Shown here: in pieces, positions 1 through 11,112 of the stretch
Position numbering within the stretch: the first letter of the stretch is position 1
Layout of the letters: the number at the start of each line of letters is the position of its first letter
Assembly: GCA_965200875.1 (NCBI GenBank)
Contig: OZ241456.1
Location: 1,408,001 to 1,472,000, forward strand
Reading direction: 5' to 3'
Length of the DNA stretch: 64,000 bases
DNA from: Bdellovibrionales bacterium
GTDB lineage: Bacteria; Bdellovibrionota; Bdellovibrionia; Bdellovibrionales; UBA1609
Program-made: the position numbers and the translations under genes
Notes under the pieces: generated by a model
Told to the model about the DNA's origin: nothing
What the model saw: only the letters and a program-made list of their open reading frames with translations
Database searches by the model: none

Positions 1-123
1 TCTGAGTGGAAGGAGGCTATGATGTATTTGCGTAAGTTTTTGTTGGAGGAGCAACAGCAGGTTGTGGCAGATGCCAAGGAAAAAAACCGCCGTGATCGAG
101 TGGCGCGTGAAGCTTATGTTTAG
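1..123 (+). CDS. 3' end of an unidentified CDS running in from the window edge
   Basis: Frame 1 is open from base 1 (SEWKEAMMYL...REAYV) to TAG at 121-123, just upstream of the purF RBS. Confidence 0.55.
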   Translation, partial: SEWKEAMMYLRKFLLEEQQQVVADAKEKNRRDRVAREAYV

Positions 124-160
124 GAAGACAAAAGAACATCTGCTTTTCTGAGGAGGTTTT

Positions 161-2226
<2,066 letters not shown>

Positions 2227-2322
2227 AGTATCATAAATCAACAAAACAATGGTAATGAACAATGATTACAACACTCTCATACACATAAACATAATAGGTA
2301 CATATTTGTTTTTCTCCAGCTT

Positions 2323-3016
2323 TTAATTTTTTGGTTCTTGAATTATTTTAATTTGTTTAATAATTTCGTTTTCTACACAGTTTTTATTTGATTTCTTATC
2401 CAAGAAATACAGAAAAATTTTGTAGTTAAATTTCCCGATAGATGCAACATTTTTTAGATAAAAAAGTCTTTTAACTTTTTTTGACAAATTAAGATAGTTT
2501 GTATGATAATTAATTTCTCCATCTTTTTTATGGCCGGAAAATATCAAGTCAATATCGAAGCTGTGTACTCCATTGGAATAAACATCATACGAGGTAGGAA
2601 TGCCAACATGAAGGTTGCCGTTTTCCAGAAATACAATAAGAGAGGTTTTATTTAATGTTTTTTCTATCATGTTCCGTGTTTCATTGACAGGTTCTATTTG
2701 ATGAAATAAATCAAAAATTTTAAGAACCTTAACAGGTTTTATAAACTGCAAAAACTTCCTATAAGATATGCTGTTACACAAACTAAAAGTAATCCCCTGA
2801 AGGACATCTGGCTGATGCACTCTGCAATTTGTTTGATATTGAAATAATCACATTTTAAATCAAAAAATAAACTACGACCGATATACAAGAGTATATAAAG
2901 AGAATAGGCAGGAATACCCATTGAGAGAAAATATTAATTTGTTTTCTACGCTGACTATGAATATAACCAAGATATGTAAAAAAGGAAGGGATGATAAAAA
3001 AAGCCAGTTCAAACAT
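2323..3016 (-). pseudogene. Frameshifted membrane-anchored hypothetical protein
   Basis: Three overlapping minus-strand frames join up: hydrophobic N-terminus from ATG 3016 (MFELAFFIIPSFF...), a second TM segment (2739-2860) and a soluble domain (2323-2750). Confidence 0.5.
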
Positions 3017-3052
3017 AAAAATATTACTAGAAATGAAGTTTAAATTATAAGA

Positions 3053-3256
3053 TTATTTTTGTTCGTCTTGAATCTCTTTGTATACTTCAGCCATTCTTTT
3101 TATTATTCTTTTTCTATTTTCTCGAAGGCTCTCTTCGTCCCCCTTAACTATCCCGCTAACTATACTACCTTCATAGGTGATTATGGGTTTGATCAATTTA
3201 ACTCCATCAACCACAATCTCTTCTCTATTTTCAAGTGAGGTTGGTTTTTTTTTCAT
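3053..3256 (-). CDS. Small hypothetical protein (67 aa)
   Basis: GGGGAG RBS before ATG 3256 (MKKKPTSLEN...); charged, protein-like composition. Confidence 0.6.
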   Translation of the reverse strand: MKKKPTSLENREEIVVDGVKLIKPIITYEGSIVSGIVKGDEESLRENRKRIIKRMAEVYKEIQDEQK

Positions 3257-3550
3257 TATTGATTCTCCCCTGACACAAAATTTTATTATAGCAGTAACTC
3301 TTGACTCGCTTTGATTTTTGCCATATTTGACATAATTAATTTTATTGTGCCAATTTTGACTTTGAAAATCAAGCCTTAAACCGGAAAAATAGAGACTAAA
3401 GCACCACAAAACCAAACTTTTCACTGTGATCTCACACTTTATTTGATTCAGCTTTTAATCTATCTCTTCTTTAATAGGCAAAAAAATTACCTAAACTTAA
3501 TGTGTGAAACCCGGCTGAAGCCATAGCAGATGAGATTACATATTGAATAA

Positions 3551-5971
3551 TCATGATATATTCTTTTTTACTAAAGATAAAACAAGCAAAGCATGAATAA
3601 CACAAACAGCTATCATCCTATTAAAATTTTCGGCAGGAAAGTGCCCGTGGCAAATCATGTTTCTTATGTTCAGCCCTCTTTTGTCGACAAATAAAACCTG
3701 AAAGTAATCCGGTACACTTATGTTGTTTTTAAAAAAATTAGTAAATATAGGGTCTCTGATAAGAGCACCAAAGGGTCTTAACTCAAAGCCTTTTTCTTTA
3801 GGAGAGCAGTCAGTCTGATAGATTTGACCTCCATTAACAGCTATTAAATGTCTGATGGCTGACTCAATTTGAGGCAAAAGTATAGAACAACTTGCAATAT
3901 AGTTTTCATCAAAAAAAAGCTTTAAGCCTTCTTTAATGATCTGATGATGTGCTTCTGGAAATACAGGTGACTTAAGCAAATGTTCTGAAAGAGTATGAGC
4001 ATTAAGAGATTTTGTTTTTTGTAGATGACTTAAACCCATATCAATAAAAATACAATTATAGCTAATTTCTTGAGATATATGCTGAACAATATGTCCTTCC
4101 AAGTCATCTTTTATAGGTCCTACTTCAGCTGTTGTTCTTCCTGTATGATCCATAATCTGATGAGAGAACATAAATCTGATAGGATGTTCTTTTGCGAGTG
4201 TACAAACTGTCTCTTGAGCTTTTTTTTTATCAGGAATAAAGTTTGTGGATATGACCAATAATGCTTCAGATAGAGAGTTTTTGTCTAATTTTTTTTGAAT
4301 TTGCTCCTGTGGCAGTGGAATAGCTACCGATACAGGTTTTAGCTCTTTTAAACTTTCTTTTTGCAAGTCACGCATTCTTGGTTCCAGTTCTTTTGCCTCT
4401 TCAGATAGTCCATACTGGCGAAGTATTTGTTCCACTTTTTTTAACATAGTAGCTCCGATCATTATTGGCAAAGGGCCATGTAAAAAAGAATCCCGGTATA
4501 TGAGTAAAACTCTTTTCATGTTTTCCTGATCATTTTTATTTTTATAATAGGGTGCTAATTTTACAACGATAAGCTCAACAGAGTGCGAATCAAAGGTGTT
4601 TGGGTCTTTAGCAGAAAAACATTTTAATTTTCTTTCAAGCTCTTCTATAATTTGCTTTTCTTGTTTTTTTTCCAAGGGGATTTTCTGAAATAAATTTTTA
4701 TCTCCTATTAAAAGATCATAAGAATACCCCCATGTTCCGGCTTTATCATCTTCAGAGTGTTTTTTTTCATACTTGATAATAATATCTCTTAAATACAAAA
4801 CTCTCTCCTTGTCATCGAGAGAGATAGCCAACCTTAAAGCTCTTTCCAGTTGTTTTTGTAAATGAGAACTTTTTTGGTCAATCTCCGCTTGCTGTATGGC
4901 TGAATCAATAAACCTACGCGCAATAACTATATCTGGCTTTTTGTTTCTGATTTTTTTTGAGAAATCCCATACCAACCCGCCATATCGGTATTGGAGAATC
5001 GGACTTTTTACTTCATCAGACCTTTTTTCCCAATAGTTTATCATTTCAGGTGTAATATCTTTAATATTGGGGTTAGATATAAGGTTCCCGGTTTCTTTGT
5101 CTGTGAAGGTAACAGGAGGTACATAGTGCAAGCCTTCCCAACCAAGAGTGGCTTTATCCGGTTGCCATGTTTCTATAAGAGAAAAAGCTGTCTTTTCAAA
5201 AAATAAATGAGGTATGGATTGTAAACGATCCTCACCGGTTGTTTCTTTTATAAACTCACGAATTTTATCATTAATTATATGCTCAATTAAAAAGTCCGGG
5301 GTTGTAAGTTCATTTAAAACTGCGTACAGATCTTGCATTATTTTTCTTTGGAAAAATTGCTCGACAAAGATTTTTTTTTGCTCTTGAATTTTTTTGCCAG
5401 TGTGTTTTATTTTATCCAAGGTCATTTTGGGATATTGAAAATAATCAGCTATTTTTTTTAAAACATCCCTTCCGGTGGTTTTGTTGTTTTCTATCCGGTA
5501 GACAGTGGAAGAGGAAATATCAAATAAATTGGCAAATTCCCTTATGGAAAGGCCCAAGCTCTTTCTGAAAGATCGTAAATCTTCCGCAGAAAACTTTTTT
5601 TGCTCTTGAACTGGTTCAAATACAAAAGGGGTGATAGGGCTTTTTTTTCCGAAGGCACTTAGCAACATAAAAGGATCTTTTTCAAAAGGACTTAGGCCCA
5701 CATCACGACAGTATTCCTTATAAGCCGGATTTTTTTGGGAAGGGATCCTGTCTGCAAAAGAGGGGAAAAGTTTTAAAGAAACATGCCGTGCTTTTTTCAA
5801 AGGCAAATCCGGTCCTATAGCAATAGGGTTTTCACTATAAAGATAAGCCTTGTCATACTCAAAAACAAACTTCCCTTTTTGCCGGCTTAACCGGCCTACA
5901 TACGAACGGGTTTTGCGTCTTTCCAAATAAAAATCCAACGGTTTATATAATAATCTGTTTTTAGTTTTCAT
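3551..5971 (-). CDS. Fusion of HipA N-terminal (HipS-like) domain + XRE HTH + DUF4209-type HEPN domain
   Basis: aa 10-120 VGRL..FVFEYD..IGPDLPL..LFPSFADRIP; aa 127-180 HTH (LRSFRKSLGLSIREFANLFDISSSTVYRIEN); C-terminal LLPQIESAIR...GLNIRNMICHG with an RxxxxH motif. Confidence 0.85.
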   Translation of the reverse strand: MKTKNRLLYKPLDFYLERRKTRSYVGRLSRQKGKFVFEYDKAYLYSENPIAIGPDLPLKKARHVSLKLFPSFADRIPSQKNPAYKEYCRDVGLSPFEKDPFMLLSAFGKKSPITPFVFEPVQEQKKFSAEDLRSFRKSLGLSIREFANLFDISSSTVYRIENNKTTGRDVLKKIADYFQYPKMTLDKIKHTGKKIQEQKKIFVEQFFQRKIMQDLYAVLNELTTPDFLIEHIINDKIREFIKETTGEDRLQSIPHLFFEKTAFSLIETWQPDKATLGWEGLHYVPPVTFTDKETGNLISNPNIKDITPEMINYWEKRSDEVKSPILQYRYGGLVWDFSKKIRNKKPDIVIARRFIDSAIQQAEIDQKSSHLQKQLERALRLAISLDDKERVLYLRDIIIKYEKKHSEDDKAGTWGYSYDLLIGDKNLFQKIPLEKKQEKQIIEELERKLKCFSAKDPNTFDSHSVELIVVKLAPYYKNKNDQENMKRVLLIYRDSFLHGPLPIMIGATMLKKVEQILRQYGLSEEAKELEPRMRDLQKESLKELKPVSVAIPLPQEQIQKKLDKNSLSEALLVISTNFIPDKKKAQETVCTLAKEHPIRFMFSHQIMDHTGRTTAEVGPIKDDLEGHIVQHISQEISYNCIFIDMGLSHLQKTKSLNAHTLSEHLLKSPVFPEAHHQIIKEGLKLFFDENYIASCSILLPQIESAIRHLIAVNGGQIYQTDCSPKEKGFELRPFGALIRDPIFTNFFKNNISVPDYFQVLFVDKRGLNIRNMICHGHFPAENFNRMIAVCVIHALLVLSLVKKNIS

Positions 5972-6038
5972 ATTTTTAATGTTACCTTTTTGGTTCAGGC
6001 TTTTTTAATGCCACTTTTTAGTTAAAGTCTTTAACTTC

Positions 6039-7031
6039 TTAGCTGTTACCTCTTTTTTTCAGTTTTTTTAAATCTTCCAAGCGATTTTTCAAATAATTGA
6101 CAAAGGATTTTTTTCTTTTCTCTGAAATTTCAGAGAGCTTTATCTCCTCCATTAATAAGGGAAATTGACGAATAACTTTTTTAGCAAACTTCAAACAAGC
6201 TGTTTCTAAATTTAACCTTTTAAATTCTTTCAGATAATCATTGGTCTTTGGTTCTTTTGAGTTAGAGGTCCAAATATAACCACTAAAGTTAAACTGGGGG
6301 CCCAGCATTTTTTCATCTTGCACTCCAAAATTAGAGGGATTATCATACATGGGAGCAAGCTGTCTTTTTTTGCCAGTGTCTATGATGCCTAAATTTCTAC
6401 CATGCCGATCTCCATTTCCAATAAAGGAATCAAAAAGGCAGATTTCTACAAATGTTTCCACATCTCTTAATCTGCTTGTTTTCTCTTGGATAACCTTTAT
6501 TAAGGTTTCACAATTATAATGGCTTTTAGGTACATATTTATAGAGATGGTGTAAGCTTCCAACAGTACCTTGCATAAAATTTTTAGTGACAAAAGTTATC
6601 AGCTTCTCTGACTCTTGTTCTTCTTTATTCATTTTAGTAGTCGTAGCTTTATTTTTTGTATTGCTCTCATCTGAAAACAGGATTAAATAATATTCCGGCA
6701 CCTTCAAATTCAGAAGAGAGGCTATCTGATTACAAAGATATTCCATAGCTGGCAAGTCAGGAAACCCTGGTTCCTCAACTTTTAAGATGTATTGTTGGTC
6801 TCCAAGTTTGGCTGAATATTTGCGATATCGACCATGATAAAAACTGTCTTTATTTGTTGTGAATGTGGCAGAATGAGAAGAGGAGTAAGATGTTGTTTTT
6901 TTGAAATCCAGGTCATAAAATTCAGACGAATCCTGTACAGCAAACCACTTTTGAAAGCAGTCTGTATGTAGACCATAAATACTTTGATGTTCAATGGATT
7001 TATGGCATTTAAAACATTTGTGTTTTTTCAT
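6039..7031 (-). CDS. HipA C-terminal-type (HipT-like) Ser/Thr kinase
   Basis: N-terminal CxxC..HxxC; G-loop region FYHGRYRKYS; YILK; PAMEYLC; FIGNGDRHGRN; LAPMYD. Confidence 0.92.
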   Translation of the reverse strand: MKKHKCFKCHKSIEHQSIYGLHTDCFQKWFAVQDSSEFYDLDFKKTTSYSSSHSATFTTNKDSFYHGRYRKYSAKLGDQQYILKVEEPGFPDLPAMEYLCNQIASLLNLKVPEYYLILFSDESNTKNKATTTKMNKEEQESEKLITFVTKNFMQGTVGSLHHLYKYVPKSHYNCETLIKVIQEKTSRLRDVETFVEICLFDSFIGNGDRHGRNLGIIDTGKKRQLAPMYDNPSNFGVQDEKMLGPQFNFSGYIWTSNSKEPKTNDYLKEFKRLNLETACLKFAKKVIRQFPLLMEEIKLSEISEKRKKSFVNYLKNRLEDLKKLKKRGNS

Positions 7032-7033
7032 AA

Positions 7034-7078
7034 TGTAGTCAATATACTACAAAATTATTTTGTAGTCAAATGACTATA
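7034..7078 (-). promoter_or_regulatory. Sigma70 promoter overlapped by two 18-bp palindromic operators
   Basis: Minus strand TTGACT(7069-7064)-17 bp-TATATT(7046-7041); palindromes TGTAGTCAATATACTACA (7034-7051) and TGTAGTCAAATGACTATA (7061-7078). Confidence 0.8.
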
Positions 7079-7311
7079 AATTTTTAAAGTAAGGACAAAA
7101 ATCAAGAATAATGGCCTTTATTCAAAGTTTTTTTCCAAAGTTTCAGATTAGAGAAGGTTTATAGAACATTGGTATTGAGATAAATACTGTCACATTTTTA
7201 ATAAAAACTTAATAAAAATGCGGTAAAGCTTGATTTGCTATTATTGACTTGTGAACCATTTTTCTTTATTCTGGATAAGTATAAATGAACCACATCCCCG
7301 GAGGAATGTCA

Positions 7312-7752
7312 GTGTCGGATTCAAAAAAAGAACCAGTCACTCAAGCCGATTTTTCATTATTTAAACAGGAAATGAAACATGAGTTTATGTCATTTAAGAA
7401 AGATATGAAACATGAGTTTATGTCATTTCAAGACAATATGAATGGTCAGTTTAAGCTATATCTCTCACAGATAGATTCAAAAACAGCAGAAGTGATAAAT
7501 AAGCATGTGGATAAATTTAAATGGTGGGCTGTTGGTATTGGTTCGCTTTTTGTTATAGCTTTCTTTACTTATTTTGAAGTTATGCGCACAAAAGTAGACC
7601 AATTAAATAGTGAGCGTATAGCGAGAGTGGAAGAAGCTTATACCTTTATGAATCAATATGTAATGGGAGTATTACAAGACCAAAAAAAAGATAAGGAACA
7701 ATCTGACTCTCCTCTATCCATAAAAAGAAAAACAAAACGGCTAGGAAAATAA
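7312..7752 (+). CDS. Coiled-coil protein with a single TM helix
   Basis: GGAGGA RBS before GTG 7312; 11-aa repeat (MKHEFMSF twice); TM segment WWAVGIGSLFVIAFFTYF. Confidence 0.75.
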   Translation: MSDSKKEPVTQADFSLFKQEMKHEFMSFKKDMKHEFMSFQDNMNGQFKLYLSQIDSKTAEVINKHVDKFKWWAVGIGSLFVIAFFTYFEVMRTKVDQLNSERIARVEEAYTFMNQYVMGVLQDQKKDKEQSDSPLSIKRKTKRLGK

Positions 7753-7865
7753 ATTTACTGGCGGTTTTCAACATAACACCCCTTGGGCAAAACGGTTGTA
7801 GCATGAACGCGTTTTTTCATTTTTTTTAGAAATTAAGGAATCGGTTCTTAATAAGTCTGTTTATT

Positions 7866-7931
7866 GTGGAGTGCTCTTTACCATACTTCATTGCACGATC
7901 TCAAACATGCGGGTTTTCCACGCACGCGTCT
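7866..7931. repeat. Partial copy of the palindromic MITE-like element
   Basis: GTGGAGTGCTCTTTACCATACTTCA...CCACGCACGCGTCT matches the element at 10419-10560. Confidence 0.65.
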
Positions 7932-7975
7932 AATTGTAAAGCCCGGCTGATATAAGTACCAAAGTAAAAAAAAAA

Positions 7976-8878
7976 TTAATCTACAACAACAAAACCGCTT
8001 ATCTCTTGTGAGATTAAATAATTCTGTTGTAGTTCTGTGACTTTCGCATCGGTAAAATTCGCCTTGCTCAAATAACGAGCCTTTTGCAAATGCCTCACAT
8101 GACGCAGATCCGCCTCAGTCAAATTCGCATTGGTAAAATCCGCCCCATTTAAATTCGCGTAACGCATATCTGCCCCAGTCAAATTCGCATTATTCAAATT
8201 CGCTTGCTGCAAAATTGCATTGAACAAATTCGCTTGTTGCAAATTCGTATGGCTCAAATTTGCCTCGTGAAACCTTGTATTGTGCAAATCCGCTTCACGC
8301 AAAATTGCATAGCTCAAATTCGCCTCGCGCAAAAATGACCCGCTTAAATTCGCTTCGGCTAAATTCGCTCCAACCAAATTCGCATTACGCAAATCCACAC
8401 TGTATAAATACGCCTGAGATAGGTTGCAATTATGGACACCTGGTTGCTTTATATATTCTTTATAATTATCGACATTACAGACTGGAGCACCAGTGCCAGC
8501 TGGAGTACTTGCGCCCGGTTGAGTACCTGCACCTGCTGGGTTAGTCCCTGCTTCTGGGTGAGTGCCTGCTTCTGGGTGAGTGCCTGCTTCTGGGTTAGTC
8601 CCTGCTTCTGGTTGAGTGCCTGCTTCTGGGTTAGTCCCTGTTTCCGTTGAACCACCTGCACCCGTGGGAGTACTAGCATCTGGTTTAGCATTTGCGCCGG
8701 TTGAACCTGCATCTTTTTTTTCACAACCTAAAGAAAATAAGCTTAAAAATAATAAAACCAGTATAGTTTTCAGAACAAAATTATTAAAGTGTGGAATCTT
8801 TATAAGACTGTTTTTGGTTTGGATAAAAGCTTCTCTCCAAATAAAATCTGTCACTATTATAAATTTCATCAGTTTCAT
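7976..8878 (-). CDS. Pentapeptide-repeat lipoprotein with a Gly/Thr/Pro repeat stalk
   Basis: AGGAGG RBS; lipobox SLGC; many A(N/D)Lxx pentapeptides. Confidence 0.9.
   Translation of the reverse strand: MKLMKFIIVTDFIWREAFIQTKNSLIKIPHFNNFVLKTILVLLFLSLFSLGCEKKDAGSTGANAKPDASTPTGAGGSTETGTNPEAGTQPEAGTNPEAGTHPEAGTHPEAGTNPAGAGTQPGASTPAGTGAPVCNVDNYKEYIKQPGVHNCNLSQAYLYSVDLRNANLVGANLAEANLSGSFLREANLSYAILREADLHNTRFHEANLSHTNLQQANLFNAILQQANLNNANLTGADMRYANLNGADFTNANLTEADLRHVRHLQKARYLSKANFTDAKVTELQQNYLISQEISGFVVVD
8535..8640. repeat. 18-bp coding tandem repeat encoding GT(N/Q/H)PEA, about 6 copies
   Basis: CCTGCTTCTGG recurs every 18 bp. Confidence 0.9.
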
Positions 8879-9142
8879 AAAAAAACCTCCTTGTTAATTT
8901 GCAAAAAAATGTCATTTAATATGGATATTCCCAGACTAACGGGGGGTGGTAAAAAGTCAAGAAATAAAAGCCAATGTGAGTAAAAAACAGTTAGAACTGG
9001 CTTTCAGTCGCTTATCTTTGTAACACTCTAGGAATCGGAGAATAGGAAAAAGGTTGTCCAACCTGTATAATGGCAAAAGGTTCATTTAATTCTGTAAATT
9101 TTAGACTCGGCTAAAGTGCGAACGCAGAATGAAATATTGGTA

Positions 9143-9442
9143 TTAAGAATTGTTTTTCAGCTTTTTGATCTCCTCTTCAGAAAGACCTGTCATCTCAGAA
9201 ATAAAAGAAAGCTTTAATTTGCTTTTTAGCATATTAAGTACCACTTCCTGACGACCTTCCTGATGACCTTCTTGACGACCTTCCTGTCGACCTTTCTGCA
9301 TGCCTTCTTGCATACCCTCTTGTAAACCTTCCTGACGACCCTTTTGCATACCTTCTTGTATTCCTTTTTGCATACCTTCTCTTAGACCTTTCTGCATGCC
9401 TTCTTGTATGCCCACTAATTTAATCTCTTCTCTTATGTCCAT
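9143..9442 (-). CDS. Putative intragenic short form (RpnS-like antitoxin, 99 aa)
   Basis: In-frame internal AGAGGAGG-TTAT-ATG (MDIREEIK...). Confidence 0.6.
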   Translation of the reverse strand: MDIREEIKLVGIQEGMQKGLREGMQKGIQEGMQKGRQEGLQEGMQEGMQKGRQEGRQEGHQEGRQEVVLNMLKSKLKLSFISEMTGLSEEEIKKLKNNS

Positions 9443-10261
9443 ATAACCTCCTCTTTTTAATAAACTTCTTTCTATGGCCAACTGCTCAACTCTTTTCCAT
9501 AATTCAACACTCACTCCACCCGCTGACTTCAAATAATCCACTGCACTTAATATCAAATCCTCTCGCTTTCCCGAAAAAACTGAAAACGCAGACACAAACT
9601 CCAACAACTCCGGCACACTCTTCTTTAAAAACCATATCTTGCTTAACAATGCTAATGCTCCACGGCTTTGAATGTTTGGATCCTTTAAAGCTTTTTGAAC
9701 TTGTGGATCATGGGTGTCCAACAACTTTAACTTGTAATCTAACATACTTTTACGAAAGGAAACAGGAATTTTATTAAAAAACAGTCCAAAAATGGCTTCC
9801 TGAAAAGAAATAGGCCAGCTCCAAGGCTTTTTTCCATGATAAAACACAATGGGAATAACAGCTATAATGTTGTCTGACTTCCGTTCATAGAGAAGAGTCT
9901 GATAGGATAACACCTGCCGGAAGAGATTTTTATTGTAAGAGGACTTGTGTTCCAGAAGGATACAGAACTGAAACTTGGCAGAAGGGTTGTCTTTAAGAGC
10001 GACTGTAAAAACTAAGTCTGCCCTTTTATCTTTTAAACTGTCTTTTTCCACTTTTAAAGTATCCCAGTCGCAGGCTGAAAATTCTTCTGGAGATAAGACC
10101 AGTTTAAAGATCTCTTTGGCAAATGCAATTTCTGAAAAAAATCTTTTAAAGAATCTATCGTGCAAGTTATCCAAAGTTTTGCCTGTAGACACTGCTATTA
10201 TTTTTTTCGCCTTTGATTTTTTCAATAATTTTTTTTGCACTTTAACTGTTTGTTTCGTCAT
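9143..10261 (-). CDS. Rpn/YhgA-family PD-(D/E)XK nuclease
   Basis: HDRFFKRFFS, RADLVF, LLEHKS, IPIVFYHG; C-terminal G(M/R/L)Q(E/K) repeats and ISEMTGLSEEEI. Confidence 0.93.
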   Translation of the reverse strand: MTKQTVKVQKKLLKKSKAKKIIAVSTGKTLDNLHDRFFKRFFSEIAFAKEIFKLVLSPEEFSACDWDTLKVEKDSLKDKRADLVFTVALKDNPSAKFQFCILLEHKSSYNKNLFRQVLSYQTLLYERKSDNIIAVIPIVFYHGKKPWSWPISFQEAIFGLFFNKIPVSFRKSMLDYKLKLLDTHDPQVQKALKDPNIQSRGALALLSKIWFLKKSVPELLEFVSAFSVFSGKREDLILSAVDYLKSAGGVSVELWKRVEQLAIERSLLKRGGYMDIREEIKLVGIQEGMQKGLREGMQKGIQEGMQKGRQEGLQEGMQEGMQKGRQEGRQEGHQEGRQEVVLNMLKSKLKLSFISEMTGLSEEEIKKLKNNS

Positions 10262-10418
10262 GGCAGTCTCCTTGTTTAAAAGTTATTGATTTTTCTTTAT
10301 GCAAAATCGGGAGCGTTTAAAACAAGCTATTTAAAGGGTTTTGAGGGAGTAAAGATTCGAGATTCGAATTTTGCCGAATATAATGCTTTATTATTTATTC
10401 AGTCTTGAATAAGTCCAG

Positions 10419-10560
10419 TTAGTGAGAGTATGCTCTTTACCTATACTTCACCGCTCAGGTTCAAAAAAGCTATATTTGCAGACACAACTAAAAGACGCGT
10501 GCGTGGCACAAAACGCATGCCCCCCGATCGGTGAAGTATCGGTAAGAGTATGTCCACTAA
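10419..10560. mobile_element. About 142-bp palindromic MITE-like element
   Basis: Imperfect terminal inverted repeats of about 32 bp (10419-10453 and 10529-10560), an internal hairpin, and related copies at 7866 and 37409. Confidence 0.65.
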
Positions 10561-10596
10561 AAGGAGTGCTCAAAATCGCCAAATTTCAGTGCTTGA

Positions 10597-11112
10597 TTAA
10601 CGACAAAGTTTAAATTTTAACTGCATCTTTGTAATGAGCTGTATTGCCATTTTTTCGTGAATTTTACACATTTTCAACTCATCTTTACGATGAGTTCTTT
10701 GGCTTGCAGTCAAAGAACCTGTTTCCAGTTCCATTTCATAGTCCAATTTATTGGATCTGATAACTTCCAACTCTTTGGATTGTTGTTTAAAAAGTTTATT
10801 CACCTTATACAAAGGAGCTACATCCAACCAGTCTTTTTTTGCTTTGTACCATACCAACTTCTTTTTAAACCGAGACTTGTTTTTAGCCAAGACGAAAGAG
10901 GGGTACTGCGACTCATCTACATCTAATATATTTTTGATTTTATCCAAATGGGCAATTTCCTCATCTTCCATAATGGAAGAAAAAGTACCGACCGATGATG
11001 AGGTTACCTTATCCACAGATGGGGTTACCTTATTACCTACAGATGGGGTTACTTTACTTGCCTGAGACGATTGATTTGACTGTGACGATACAGGGTTGAC
11101 AGAAACGCTCAC
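10597..11112 (-). CDS. Hypothetical protein with a Ser-rich, repetitive N-terminus
   Basis: AAGGAGG RBS; upstream TTGACA-17-TAAACT (11222-11194); KVTPSV repeats. Confidence 0.8.
   Translation of the reverse strand: MSVSVNPVSSQSNQSSQASKVTPSVGNKVTPSVDKVTSSSVGTFSSIMEDEEIAHLDKIKNILDVDESQYPSFVLAKNKSRFKKKLVWYKAKKDWLDVAPLYKVNKLFKQQSKELEVIRSNKLDYEMELETGSLTASQRTHRKDELKMCKIHEKMAIQLITKMQLKFKLCR

Noticed and set aside
10419..10560. 6S RNA
   Set aside because: Shorter than a typical 6S RNA, and related copies occur elsewhere in the window.
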